64,000 nt of DNA from Candidatus Heimdallarchaeota archaeon (GTDB taxonomy: Archaea > Asgardarchaeota > Heimdallarchaeia > Heimdallarchaeales > Heimdallarchaeaceae): the NCBI GenBank assembly GCA_019057375.1, contig DXJF01000050.1, forward strand, positions 64,001-128,000, given 5' to 3'. A model generated the notes under the pieces. The model searched no databases. It had not been told where the DNA came from and worked only from the letters and a program-made list of their open reading frames with translations. Both the position numbers and the translations under genes were made by a program. Every line of letters starts with the position of its first letter. Position 1 is the first letter of the stretch. Below, in pieces: positions 1 to 9,705 of the stretch.

Positions 1-30
1 AAGACTTCATCATTCCTAATTTCAAAAGCT

Positions 31-55
31 GGATGTGAAAACAAAAAAACACCAA
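31..55 (-). terminator. Oligo-T tract downstream of profilin (archaeal intrinsic terminator candidate)
   Basis: The minus strand reads ggtgtttttttgttttcacatcc just after the profilin TGA. Confidence 0.4.
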
Positions 56-66
56 TTGAATCCTTA

Positions 67-426
67 TCAAGCTACTTTTGCTGCAAGTCTTGCTGTAGTA
101 GCATAAGCTATGTCTTTCTGTATATTGGCTGGAGACCAAGAAATTACACAACCCGCCCATTTTGGACAACGGGCAACAATTAAATGTCCTTGACCGCCCA
201 TGTTGGTTGAGATCAATCTCTCAGGAGTCATTGTGATTACTGTAAATTTTAAACCTCCACCAAAATCAATGCTTGGTTTTTGATTTTTCCATGAATCGAA
301 AGGTATTGTAGGGTCAACAGCCCAGTCACCATATTGAAAATAACATTTCAAATCATCCCCAATTAACCAAACCACTCCAACAGTTCCTTCTTGAGCAGCT
401 ACTGCAACATCGTCTTGAAAACTCAT
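67..426 (-). CDS. Asgard-type profilin (actin-monomer-binding protein)
   Basis: 119 aa. The layout is an N-terminal helix, GVVWLIGDDLKCYFQYGDW, KFTVITMTPERLISTNMGGQGHLIVARCP and a C-terminal helix. This matches the Asgard profilin pattern (KY/F-x-I-x-x-T-x-ER-x-I-x-TN-x-x-G-x-GH) as recalled. Confidence 0.85.
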   Translation of the reverse strand: MSFQDDVAVAAQEGTVGVVWLIGDDLKCYFQYGDWAVDPTIPFDSWKNQKPSIDFGGGLKFTVITMTPERLISTNMGGQGHLIVARCPKWAGCVISWSPANIQKDIAYATTARLAAKVA

Positions 427-509
427 GATTCTTTCACCATTTCTGAATTAATCTATTCCTTATTGTATTAAATATTTTTTCTTACGGGTAGATTAGTTTA
501 CCTAGTATC

Positions 510-521
510 TTAAATATTTAA
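510..521. promoter_or_regulatory. Perfect 12-bp palindrome TTAAATATTTAA; candidate bidirectional TATA box or operator between profilin and the 856-aa gene
   Basis: Seen directly in the 149-bp divergent intergenic region, flanked by TTACC...GGTAA inverted arms. Confidence 0.45.
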
Positions 522-575
522 TATGGGTAATTTAGGAACATATTTGAATACGTACAATCTTTAATCTTATTAAGA

Positions 576-3146
576 ATGTTAGACGATGAAGTAAACGTTA
601 AGAGAAGACGTATTCTCCGATTTATTAGAGATTTAGATTTACGTTACATACGTGGTTCAATTGATAGAAGAACCTATCAAACTTTAAAAAACAAATATAA
701 GGAACTTCTAGCAAATCTTCCAAAAACTATTACTGCAGACGAGGAAAAGAAAAAACTAGAAGAAACCAAACAAAAATTACCTGAAGTTGAACAAGACATT
801 CATCAAATTCAGATAGGGGAAATATCAATTCCAGCTGAAACTGAAACTGGTGAACCTCAAATTAAGACAGAAGAAGTGTCGGTACCTACTGAAGTCGAGA
901 TCGTTAAAGTAACCGAGATTCCCATTATTGAGCTTGAAGAAATCCCTCCTATTGAAATTGAAGAATTAAAAGTAAGATATGTTATGAATATGGCTATAAA
1001 GGCAGCTACAAAGACATTCGAAGAGGAAATGGCCCTAGAGCAAGAATATATGTCTGGTAAAATTGATGACCAGGAATATATGGAAAAAAAGAATGAAGTT
1101 GAAGCCAAGCAACATAAAATCTTTCAACATTTTTACAAATTATCTGAGCTATTATTTTCTGTTAGCACAGAACATTTATACAAAAACACTCACAATAATT
1201 TTCTACTTTTTAACAATGAGTTGAGTGAAAACATCAATAGGTTAAGACGTCTTGTTACAGATAAGAAAGAATTGAAGGGAATAATCTATGATATTAATGA
1301 AAGAGTGTTAAGACATCGACCTATTCTCCGAAAAGCAGCTCAAGATACTCTAAGATGGAAGGTTATTATTCAACAGGAAAGAGAAAATTTTAGAATTTTC
1401 AAGGAGAACAACATAGATGAAATTTCTGAAGCTCAGATAGATGAATTAACCAGAAAAATCAAGCAACTCGAAATTTATGAGGAGCTATTAGATGAAGATG
1501 TTAACGATTACGCTAAAGATTTGGATGCCTTGGATGTAATTTATGGAGAGCATCTACAGTTTCAAGAAATAATAACTCCTTACTTCAAAGATCTAACACT
1601 TGAGACAGAAAATCGTATTCAAAAATATAGTGAAATTATTAGTGCCCTACAATTTCGCAATCAATTAACAGTTGCAACCAGTGCATCAAGTAGGGAGATA
1701 GATTATCAGCTGTTATCAGAACTTAAAGCACTTTGGAGATATTCTGGTAAGCCTGTGATTGATGAACAAAAGGATTTAGTTGGTTTTGCAGTCGGTCCTG
1801 GACAACTAAATGAGAAATTTGGTATAATTCTAAGGCAACAACAAGAGTTATCGCTCTCTATGGTCAGAAGGATTTACGATAATATCGTAACACAAATTAG
1901 TGGAGAATCTGAACTGGAAAATGAAAAAGAGAAAAAAGAATTTTTGTTAAATGAGCTACCTAAAAATATACCACAAATGCCTTTTACATATTTAATACCA
2001 GAAGCGATCATAGAATACTGCAAGATTAAGGGTTCAGTATTAGCAGAAGAAATAATTGAAATAATTCTTCAACCTCAAAATTATCTATTTGTTCCCATTG
2101 AGAAAATAGAGAAAACGGCAAGAGAAATGAAAATAAAAAGTCAAGACATTATCCAAAATGGTGATGTACTTCCTTATTTCAATCCAGCAGAAAGCAATAT
2201 TATTAATGATAAAATTACTGAAAATAAAAATATTGCTGCAAGAAATGTTTTTGGAAAGGCAATTGGTAAAGCCCATTCTGTCATATATCACCCTATGAAA
2301 GGATACTTCCTTGTTGTAGAAAAGAAAAAAGTATCTGCTGATCTTTTTGGAATAATTTATGATTTCTTTTATGATGTTTACAACCAGCCGCTCATTACTC
2401 GAACTAAGATATCTCTTCGAGATAAAAGGAAAAAGATTCTAGAAGATTTTTCACAAGAATATGACAGAACTGAGGATGAAATAGATGATATTGAAATGCT
2501 GAAAAGGATTTTAATTGAGAAAAACTCTGGAATTCTCCCTGAAAAAGTAGAAAATTCTAAATTTTCATTATATTCAATGGGCAATGTTAGACAAATTGGT
2601 AATATGATTCAGGTTAGTTACGGTGCTCCTTCATTTGAGTTAAATGAAATTTTTGATTTAGAAGGTAAAGTAGTTGAAAATGTAAAAGGTACAGAAATTG
2701 GTATTGTATATAATTTACAACTTATGGAAAAACCCTTCCTCTATTTATGGACATCAATTGACCTATTATTAATTGCTTCTTTCATCAGTGAATTTCCAGC
2801 TTCACTGTTTGAAAAAGATCAGAATTTCATTGATAACTTAGCTATTTCTATAGGTAAACAACTGAGTATAGCTCCGCAGGTTGCACTCAGACCTGACATA
2901 GTAATGACCTTTATGAATCTCATAGGTAAAATTGGAAATCTTGCGCAAATGAAAGAAACGATGGAAAAATTCAATCCGAAAACTATAGAATTAAGCAGAA
3001 TTATTTCAGTTGATAAGCGTAAAATATTAGCTGATATAAGTGATAAAGAAATTATGGAAGAAATTTACACTGACTTTGAAGTAGGAGATGCTGAAGATGA
3101 GAATAGATTTGTTACATCTCCTGATTACTACTTAAAGGAACAATGA
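576..3146 (+). CDS. Large coiled-coil plus multi-PRC-barrel protein (CdvA-like architecture)
   Basis: 856 aa. It has two L-x-x-x-Y-x-x-G-x-I-D-x-x-x-Y helical motifs (LDLRYIRGSIDRRTY; LEQEYMSGKIDDQEY) and a long heptad-rich region. Three PRC-barrel starts are visible (YSGKPVIDEQKDLVG; ARNVFGKAIGKAHSV; LEGKVVENVKGTEIGIV). Confidence 0.7.
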   Translation: MLDDEVNVKRRRILRFIRDLDLRYIRGSIDRRTYQTLKNKYKELLANLPKTITADEEKKKLEETKQKLPEVEQDIHQIQIGEISIPAETETGEPQIKTEEVSVPTEVEIVKVTEIPIIELEEIPPIEIEELKVRYVMNMAIKAATKTFEEEMALEQEYMSGKIDDQEYMEKKNEVEAKQHKIFQHFYKLSELLFSVSTEHLYKNTHNNFLLFNNELSENINRLRRLVTDKKELKGIIYDINERVLRHRPILRKAAQDTLRWKVIIQQERENFRIFKENNIDEISEAQIDELTRKIKQLEIYEELLDEDVNDYAKDLDALDVIYGEHLQFQEIITPYFKDLTLETENRIQKYSEIISALQFRNQLTVATSASSREIDYQLLSELKALWRYSGKPVIDEQKDLVGFAVGPGQLNEKFGIILRQQQELSLSMVRRIYDNIVTQISGESELENEKEKKEFLLNELPKNIPQMPFTYLIPEAIIEYCKIKGSVLAEEIIEIILQPQNYLFVPIEKIEKTAREMKIKSQDIIQNGDVLPYFNPAESNIINDKITENKNIAARNVFGKAIGKAHSVIYHPMKGYFLVVEKKKVSADLFGIIYDFFYDVYNQPLITRTKISLRDKRKKILEDFSQEYDRTEDEIDDIEMLKRILIEKNSGILPEKVENSKFSLYSMGNVRQIGNMIQVSYGAPSFELNEIFDLEGKVVENVKGTEIGIVYNLQLMEKPFLYLWTSIDLLLIASFISEFPASLFEKDQNFIDNLAISIGKQLSIAPQVALRPDIVMTFMNLIGKIGNLAQMKETMEKFNPKTIELSRIISVDKRKILADISDKEIMEEIYTDFEVGDAEDENRFVTSPDYYLKEQ

Positions 3147-3190
3147 TATCAAAATAATTTTATTCTATTGAGATAATATAATTCAAGACA

Positions 3191-4072
3191 ATGAAAAACA
3201 CATTTCTAGGTTTCTTTGATCAATCTTTTGAATCATTAGACAAACTTAAAGAAAAAAATACACTTTTTCTTTTCGGCATTCCATTCGAAAGAACAAAAGA
3301 TAACAAGAGAGGGTCTAGAAAAGCTCCCAATGCTCTTAGGAAAAAATCTCTTGAGTTTAGTGCAGTTTCAACTACTTTTAACATCTACCAGAATAAAGCA
3401 AATTACTATGATATTGGAAATTTTCATCCAATTAAGGAAAAGAAGAAAATCCAAAAACTCTGGGATAAGGCTTTAGATTTGAATTCTAGAATTTTAGTTT
3501 TAGGAGGAGACCATAGTATAACTTTCGATACACTTTCTCTTGCACCATGGGATGATAAAACTGCATTAATTTGGTTTGATGCACATTCAGATCTAGCAGA
3601 TGAATATCCTCCCGGAATTTTTCAATCACATGGTACTGTTTTCGCTAATCTGAAAGACAAACTAGAACTGGAAAAAGACCAGATGCTGTTTATAGGTGGT
3701 CATGCATATACTCAAACCACCACAGAATATTTGAAGATTCAAGAAGAGACAGAAGTATTTCATGTACCAACTCAGAAGATATTTTCAAATAAGTATGATT
3801 CGTTAAAGATTATCTCTGAATTTGTTTCCAACTTTGACAGAATTTATGTGAGTATTGATGCAGATGCATTTGATCAAGCTTATGTCCCCACACTTGCTAC
3901 TATGGAACCTTTTGGATTAACTCCCCAGTTGATTGTAGAAATGCTAGAAATTATTTTACCTAGAACCAAATACGTTGACATAGTAGAATTCAGACATTCA
4001 TTCCTCAATAGAACAGCATTAAATTTTGGTGTTGGTTTGATTTTCAAAATTCTTGAATTATGGGAAAAATAA
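3191..4072 (+). CDS. speB: Agmatinase/arginase (ureohydrolase) family
   Basis: Mn-binding motifs GGDHSIT, DAHSDL, SHGT and SIDADAFD are present, plus N-terminal GIPFE...GSRKAP. Confidence 0.85.
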   Translation: MKNTFLGFFDQSFESLDKLKEKNTLFLFGIPFERTKDNKRGSRKAPNALRKKSLEFSAVSTTFNIYQNKANYYDIGNFHPIKEKKKIQKLWDKALDLNSRILVLGGDHSITFDTLSLAPWDDKTALIWFDAHSDLADEYPPGIFQSHGTVFANLKDKLELEKDQMLFIGGHAYTQTTTEYLKIQEETEVFHVPTQKIFSNKYDSLKIISEFVSNFDRIYVSIDADAFDQAYVPTLATMEPFGLTPQLIVEMLEIILPRTKYVDIVEFRHSFLNRTALNFGVGLIFKILELWEK

Positions 4073-4117
4073 CCGATAGAGAAGAAACTTTATTTTTATA
4101 TATCACATATATAGGTT

Positions 4118-4504
4118 ATGTCTCCCAAAAAAATTATTTTAACAGATAAAGCTCCAGCACCTGTAGGACCTTATTCCCAAGCAATCAAGGCTGGAAATTT
4201 CCTTTATGTAGCAGGTCAAATCCCAGCAAACCCAGCAACTGGAGAGATTTACTATGGTGATGTAAAAGTAGCTACAAAACAAGTATGTGAAAACATCAAA
4301 GCAATTGTAGAAGAAGCAGGTTACACACTTCAAGATGTTGTAAGATGTAGGGTATATCTAAAAGATATGGAACAATTCTCAAATATGAATGAAGTTTTTG
4401 CTCAATATTTCGGAGATAGCCCTCCTGCTAGAGTAGCTATTGAGGCGAAAAGGTTACCAAAGGATGTAGATGTGGAGATATCTGCAACTGCATGGAAAGA
4501 GTGA
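4118..4504 (+). CDS. ridA: RidA/YjgF/UK114 enamine-imine deaminase
   Basis: [39 protein letters not shown]. Confidence 0.95.
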   Translation: MSPKKIILTDKAPAPVGPYSQAIKAGNFLYVAGQIPANPATGEIYYGDVKVATKQVCENIKAIVEEAGYTLQDVVRCRVYLKDMEQFSNMNEVFAQYFGDSPPARVAIEAKRLPKDVDVEISATAWKE

Positions 4505-4530
4505 TCTTCCTTTTCGTATTTTTTTTCTTA
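4505..4530 (+). terminator. Oligo-T terminator between convergent genes
   Basis: tcttccttttcgtattttttttctt immediately follows the ridA stop. Confidence 0.45.
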
Positions 4531-4617
4531 CTCTGTACTTATATAATCTTTTGTTAGATTAAATTAAACGATTCAAGTTTAAGAAAAGAAAATGAAAATT
4601 TTTAGAAGAAAAATCGT

Positions 4618-6114
4618 CTATTTCTTCTTTTTTAAGTAGATTGCAGCTAATGCGATTAAACCAGCTATAGTAGTTAGACCAAATGGGAATGGTACAGGGA
4701 AATCGCTACGTGTTTCGACAGGAATTAAGTCTATAGAGAAAGTAAATAAGTATTGGTTACCAGATCTATCATAAACTGTCATTAAGATGTCGTGTTCTCC
4801 ATATTCTAAGAATAGTAAAGTAACTTCACCTGAATCTCCTTCAGCAGTTACTAGATTACCTTCATCTGTTTCTAATGAGATTTTCAAGACGCCGCTACCT
4901 CCAGTGTCATTAGCTGAGACTTGAAATGTTGCACTTTTGATTTCCACTTTAATAGGGATATTTTCACCGGCTAAAGGTTCAATTAACTCACCATCAACTA
5001 GTACTTTTACTATTCCTATTGGATTTATTTGTTCTATTAAAGTTATCACATATTCTGTGACTGAAAGAGTTTCGGAATACGCTGTAACTGAGATGTTATA
5101 TTCACCTACACTTGAATAAAGATGATATATGGTATCATATGATATATTTACAATCGATTGTATTCCTGATAAATCATCCCAATCAATTTCTACGAGTGTA
5201 ATATTTGAATGAGGTGCCAAAGCTACATACATTAGGCTATAATTTAGAGAATTAGTATATCTTTCTCCTGTTAATTCTACTTCAGGAGTAGTGTCTACTA
5301 TTGTTACAACATGAGCCCAGTTCTCATGTAGAATTCTACTTTGAAGAGTCATATTATCATTTTGTATTATGAAACCTCTTACTTCTACTTCTGTCCCTAC
5401 TTCAAATGAGTGATTAAAGGATATACTAACATTTCTTTCGGTTACACTCGATTCAACTAGAGAAACTGTAACATTTTGGAAATCAGTATCATGTTCCGGA
5501 GTTACTTCACGGTAACTCAACCCATATCCTGTAATATTATACTCATACATTGTCAAATTGTACTTAATTTCATTGAGTTGTGTGTAAACATCTGGGATTA
5601 GAGCAGATATAACCCTTGGTGAAATTGTGATTAAATGTGGAACGCGAAAATCATTCTCATATACTCCATATCTGACAATAAATGATATGAAATTAGAAAT
5701 TATGAAAAATGTATGATTATAATATGCAGAACCATCTGATTCTAATTCAGTTTTTTCATAATCATAGGTCATCAAGATTCCAATATTCCAAGAAAGATTC
5801 CCTACACCATCGTCACCAAATAAAATTGGAGCTGATAAATTATCTCCACCTGCAAAAGAATACCAAATTGTTACATTCTTATAGAGATCTGCTGTGTATA
5901 TTGCTCCACGACGCAATGTGATGCTTTGCGATGCTAATAAAGTGGCATTGCCATCTGTTCCTCTAAAAATGGGTTTAATATCGGCATCTAATGTGGGGAG
6001 AGAGTTTTGAGGATCATTCTGTTCACTTTTAGTAATAGTGGTTAGACTCATACTAAATACAAGAGCTAGTAGTACCAAAGGTATGACAGTACGTTTTTTC
6101 ATCAATGAATTCAC
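4618..6114 (-). CDS. Secreted, C-terminally anchored surface protein with Ig/PKD-like beta domains
   Basis: N-terminal KKR plus hydrophobic signal, many N-x-S/T sequons and a PKD-like IDWDD...HLYSSVGEYNISV segment. It ends PFPFGLTTIAGLIALAAIYLKKKK (TM helix plus basic tail). Confidence 0.75.
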   Translation of the reverse strand: MNSLMKKRTVIPLVLLALVFSMSLTTITKSEQNDPQNSLPTLDADIKPIFRGTDGNATLLASQSITLRRGAIYTADLYKNVTIWYSFAGGDNLSAPILFGDDGVGNLSWNIGILMTYDYEKTELESDGSAYYNHTFFIISNFISFIVRYGVYENDFRVPHLITISPRVISALIPDVYTQLNEIKYNLTMYEYNITGYGLSYREVTPEHDTDFQNVTVSLVESSVTERNVSISFNHSFEVGTEVEVRGFIIQNDNMTLQSRILHENWAHVVTIVDTTPEVELTGERYTNSLNYSLMYVALAPHSNITLVEIDWDDLSGIQSIVNISYDTIYHLYSSVGEYNISVTAYSETLSVTEYVITLIEQINPIGIVKVLVDGELIEPLAGENIPIKVEIKSATFQVSANDTGGSGVLKISLETDEGNLVTAEGDSGEVTLLFLEYGEHDILMTVYDRSGNQYLFTFSIDLIPVETRSDFPVPFPFGLTTIAGLIALAAIYLKKKK

Positions 6115-6208
6115 CGAATAGCTAGGCTGTTCTTATTAGGTTTCGGAAATCATCCGCATTTTTAAACTTTTTCGAACTTGATTTTATTAAAATATTTAGA
6201 AACGCTAT

Positions 6209-7564
6209 TCAAGGAAATAGTTCAATCTTTGTTGTAAAAAGATAAGGTGCTAGAACACTATAGGGAGTATTAATCGGCCTAACAACTTTTCGTTCTTTTA
6301 GAAAAAGTGGATCTTCAGATAAAACTTCAAACATATTTCCAATTACATCAAAAGTAGGCAAAGCTCCACTAATTGAACCATTTTCAATTCTATATGCATC
6401 ATTTGCGGATATTTTAAATGTACCAGAATGGTGATCTGCGGTCATGTATCCTTGTGTGGAATTAATTAAGATGCACTCTTTAGTATCATCGTACATTTCT
6501 TCTAAAGATGTTTTTCCTTCACCAATTATTAAATTAGATGGATAGATTTCAGGATAAGCTTGAAAGTTTCTTGGGAAAGCTTCAAACATTTTTACTCTGA
6601 AGGAATTTCCAGTTCTTTCAACTGGCTCAACCTCATATTGACAGTTATTTAATGCTGTTTGGAAAGAACCGTTTCTGATGATTATAGTTCTTGATTGACT
6701 TATTCCTTCATCATCAAATGCTGTGGAGTTCGGAAGCCCTGGAACAGTTCCGTCATCAATTAAATTAAAATCTGCTGAAAAATCTTGCTCAGCCAATTTT
6801 CCTGCATGACCCAATTTCAGATGAGGTATAACTGTAAATGAAAAAATCTGCGATAGAGCCATTGGTGAGAAAATCACTGGAACCTCAGTGTTTATTGTGT
6901 TTTCATCCATGGTAGACCTTTGGATAGCCTCCCGTACTAAATCTTCAACAATGCTAGATACTGAACTTGGTATTTGACGACTAGTTAGATGTTTTTCTGA
7001 ACTTGAAATCAGGTTAAATCCCTTATAGAGAGCTCGAAGATTGATATCACTCCAAGTACTTTTTTCAAAAGCTATTGATTGTGTAGAATTAGCAATTATC
7101 TTTCTTTCTAAGGAGAATCGAATTGAACCATCTAGAATAATATCTTTCATTTTGTCTTCTAAATCATTTAAGGAATATGACAGTGAATAAATTTCTTCTT
7201 CATTCATAGCCGCTATTCTTTTGTCATAAATCTTGTCAATCTCATCTTGAGATATCTTAATTTCAGGAAACTCAAATTTTGGAGAATCAATTGGAAAAGA
7301 TACAATTGTATTTATTTTATCTATATCAGATAAAACAGATTTGAGAGGAAAACATGCAAAATAGAGCCTATCATCTTTAAAGAATCTAATAGCACAACCT
7401 TCTCTATTGATGGATTGAAAAACTTTTGGAGTTCTATATTCAGTTCCACCCATCATATGTGAAAGTGATTGTATATATACTTCTGCTTCCTTAAAACTGA
7501 ACTTTTGATCAAGTTTATGCAGCACTCTGATGCTTAAATCTTTTAATTCTTCATCAGTATACAT
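6209..7564 (-). CDS. pmbA: PmbA/TldE family, non-catalytic partner
   Basis: DDGTVPGLPNSTAFDDEG; lacks HExxxH; stop/start overlap with tldD. Confidence 0.85.
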   Translation of the reverse strand: MYTDEELKDLSIRVLHKLDQKFSFKEAEVYIQSLSHMMGGTEYRTPKVFQSINREGCAIRFFKDDRLYFACFPLKSVLSDIDKINTIVSFPIDSPKFEFPEIKISQDEIDKIYDKRIAAMNEEEIYSLSYSLNDLEDKMKDIILDGSIRFSLERKIIANSTQSIAFEKSTWSDINLRALYKGFNLISSSEKHLTSRQIPSSVSSIVEDLVREAIQRSTMDENTINTEVPVIFSPMALSQIFSFTVIPHLKLGHAGKLAEQDFSADFNLIDDGTVPGLPNSTAFDDEGISQSRTIIIRNGSFQTALNNCQYEVEPVERTGNSFRVKMFEAFPRNFQAYPEIYPSNLIIGEGKTSLEEMYDDTKECILINSTQGYMTADHHSGTFKISANDAYRIENGSISGALPTFDVIGNMFEVLSEDPLFLKERKVVRPINTPYSVLAPYLFTTKIELFP

Positions 7565-8967
7565 TAGCTTACCCTCAACTCAGATATAGTTATTTTTGGT
7601 CCAATAGAACCAACAAACACACGTTGATTATTCTTAATACAACTGCTTGGTTGAGCAATAATCTTGTCACTTATTAATTCAATCTTGGAAAGAGTATCCA
7701 TCATAGTGCCACTGATTTGGAATTGAAGTATATAATCACCTAATTCCCCATCTTTTATTTCTCTACCAAATTGAGCATCAAGGTTATATTCACCTGTTTG
7801 AGGTTCTGAAGAGCCTCCAAGTCCATCGCCGATATACAAACCATTTTTCACGTGCTCAAAGAGCTCTTCTTCAGAATAATCTTTTGGCTCAAAGAAGAAA
7901 TTACTCATTCTTACTTGTGGTAAAAATTCGAAATTACTAGCTCTGTAATTAGAAGAAGATTCAGTCCCCATAGCTGCTGCTGATAATCTGCTATGTAAGA
8001 AATCAGTTAAAATTCCTTCATCAACCAACAAATTTCCTCTTCCTTTAACACCTTCAGAATCAAATTCGTAATAACCTAAAGATTCTATATAAGGGTCATC
8101 TATAACACTTACAACAGTTGGAGCTATTTTCATTCCTAGAAGACCACTACTAAAAGAACGACCTGAAAGAACGTTATCAGCTTCTAATGAGTGTCCAAAA
8201 ACTTCGTGGTTCAATGTCCATGCCATATCCTCACTTAGAACGGAGTTGTACAATCCTTGTTCAACGTTTTTAGCCTGTTGTATATTATTAATAGTTTCAA
8301 TAAAACCTAGTGTTTCTTCCATTCTATCAAAAGGAAGAATTTCTAATCCCCCCATTCCACCATAGGATTTGTAATATTTTAGTTGGTTCCCATTTTTAGA
8401 TAATCTACCTGTTAAAGTGAGGATCACATAAGGATATTCTTGATAAACTCGTGTACCCTCAGAATTTCCAAACTTTTCTGACCAATTAATCAACTGAATA
8501 TCAGTCTCTATACTGCAATCCACCCTCAAAAACTCATTGATAAAAGAATCTAAATCTTTAATTTTCTCCTCAAATTCCTCATTTCCTAAATCTACCCAAT
8601 TAATTTTAGGTTTCTTAACAATGGATGAATCAGCTACTGGGGCATCTGCTAGTTCTGATATTCCTTTTTTCCAATTTGTTAGTAACTTAGAAACACTAAT
8701 TGCTTTCTTTATCTCTTTCTCAGCTAATCTAATTCTCGGAGTTGAAGTAAAGGTCACAATACCTTCTGAGAGCATCCGAATCCCATACCCAGAATTAATG
8801 CAATTTCTTTCATCTACAATTTTACCATTTTGAGCAATAATATTCTTTGTAACAACTCTACCATGACGTACATCTGTATAGGATGTTCCTTGTTTTATAG
8901 AAGTTTCAATCAATGAATCTAAGGTTTCGATAAATTGCACCCTAATGGCATTACATAACTTTAACAT
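7564..8967 (-). CDS. tldD: TldD family metalloprotease
   Basis: HEVFGHSLEAD (HExxxH), YEFDSEG, PQVRMSNFF, C-terminal SCIK Cys ligand. Confidence 0.9.
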   Translation of the reverse strand: MLKLCNAIRVQFIETLDSLIETSIKQGTSYTDVRHGRVVTKNIIAQNGKIVDERNCINSGYGIRMLSEGIVTFTSTPRIRLAEKEIKKAISVSKLLTNWKKGISELADAPVADSSIVKKPKINWVDLGNEEFEEKIKDLDSFINEFLRVDCSIETDIQLINWSEKFGNSEGTRVYQEYPYVILTLTGRLSKNGNQLKYYKSYGGMGGLEILPFDRMEETLGFIETINNIQQAKNVEQGLYNSVLSEDMAWTLNHEVFGHSLEADNVLSGRSFSSGLLGMKIAPTVVSVIDDPYIESLGYYEFDSEGVKGRGNLLVDEGILTDFLHSRLSAAAMGTESSSNYRASNFEFLPQVRMSNFFFEPKDYSEEELFEHVKNGLYIGDGLGGSSEPQTGEYNLDAQFGREIKDGELGDYILQFQISGTMMDTLSKIELISDKIIAQPSSCIKNNQRVFVGSIGPKITISELRVS

Positions 8968-9027
8968 ATAAATAAGTAACCAAATGGTATATTTTGAAGG
9001 TATATAGGAAAGCTTTTCTTATCCTAA

Positions 9028-9699
9028 TTGAAGACTAGTGTAATGAACATTGCTATTTGCTGTGATTTTGATGGAACTATAACTTTGACAGATACAGGAA
9101 AAGAAATGTTAACTTCTTTAACAACTAAAGACTGGCAATATTATGACAAATTAGTAATAAATGGTGAAATTGGTACCAGAGCAGCCTTAATCAAGCAATG
9201 GGGTATGATTGAGCATACAACGATGGATGAAATATACGAAATCGTTGATAGAATAAAGATAGATCCCACATTTTTAGATTTTTACAACTGGGTTAAAGAA
9301 AATGGAATCTTTTTTATCATTCTCTCAGATGGTTTTCATACCTATATTACCAGAATTCTTGAGAATCATGGAATTGATAGTAAGAAGCAGGAAATAAAAG
9401 CTAATGACATGGAATTAATTGATAATAAAATTCATCTAAAATTTCTAACTGATAATTGTGAACATGATTGTGCAAACTGTAAATATTCGCAAGTATTGAG
9501 AATCAAAGAAGAACATGATAAAGTGGTTTACATTGGTGATGGACTTTCTGACATCCTTCCATCTGAGAAGTTGGCTAATCATATTATTGCTAAAAGAAAT
9601 GAAGACTTAGCCAAAAAACTCCATAAAGATCCAAGATTAGTAGAATTTTCTAATTTTAAGGATATTCAGAACTTTCTAGAAAAAATACTGGATGGTTAA
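9028..9699 (+). CDS. HAD-IB phosphatase, MtnX-like
   Basis: DFDGTIT, ILSDG, CEHDCANCK, YIGDGLSD. Confidence 0.85.
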   Translation: MKTSVMNIAICCDFDGTITLTDTGKEMLTSLTTKDWQYYDKLVINGEIGTRAALIKQWGMIEHTTMDEIYEIVDRIKIDPTFLDFYNWVKENGIFFIILSDGFHTYITRILENHGIDSKKQEIKANDMELIDNKIHLKFLTDNCEHDCANCKYSQVLRIKEEHDKVVYIGDGLSDILPSEKLANHIIAKRNEDLAKKLHKDPRLVEFSNFKDIQNFLEKILDG

Positions 9700-9705
9700 T
9701 TTATA

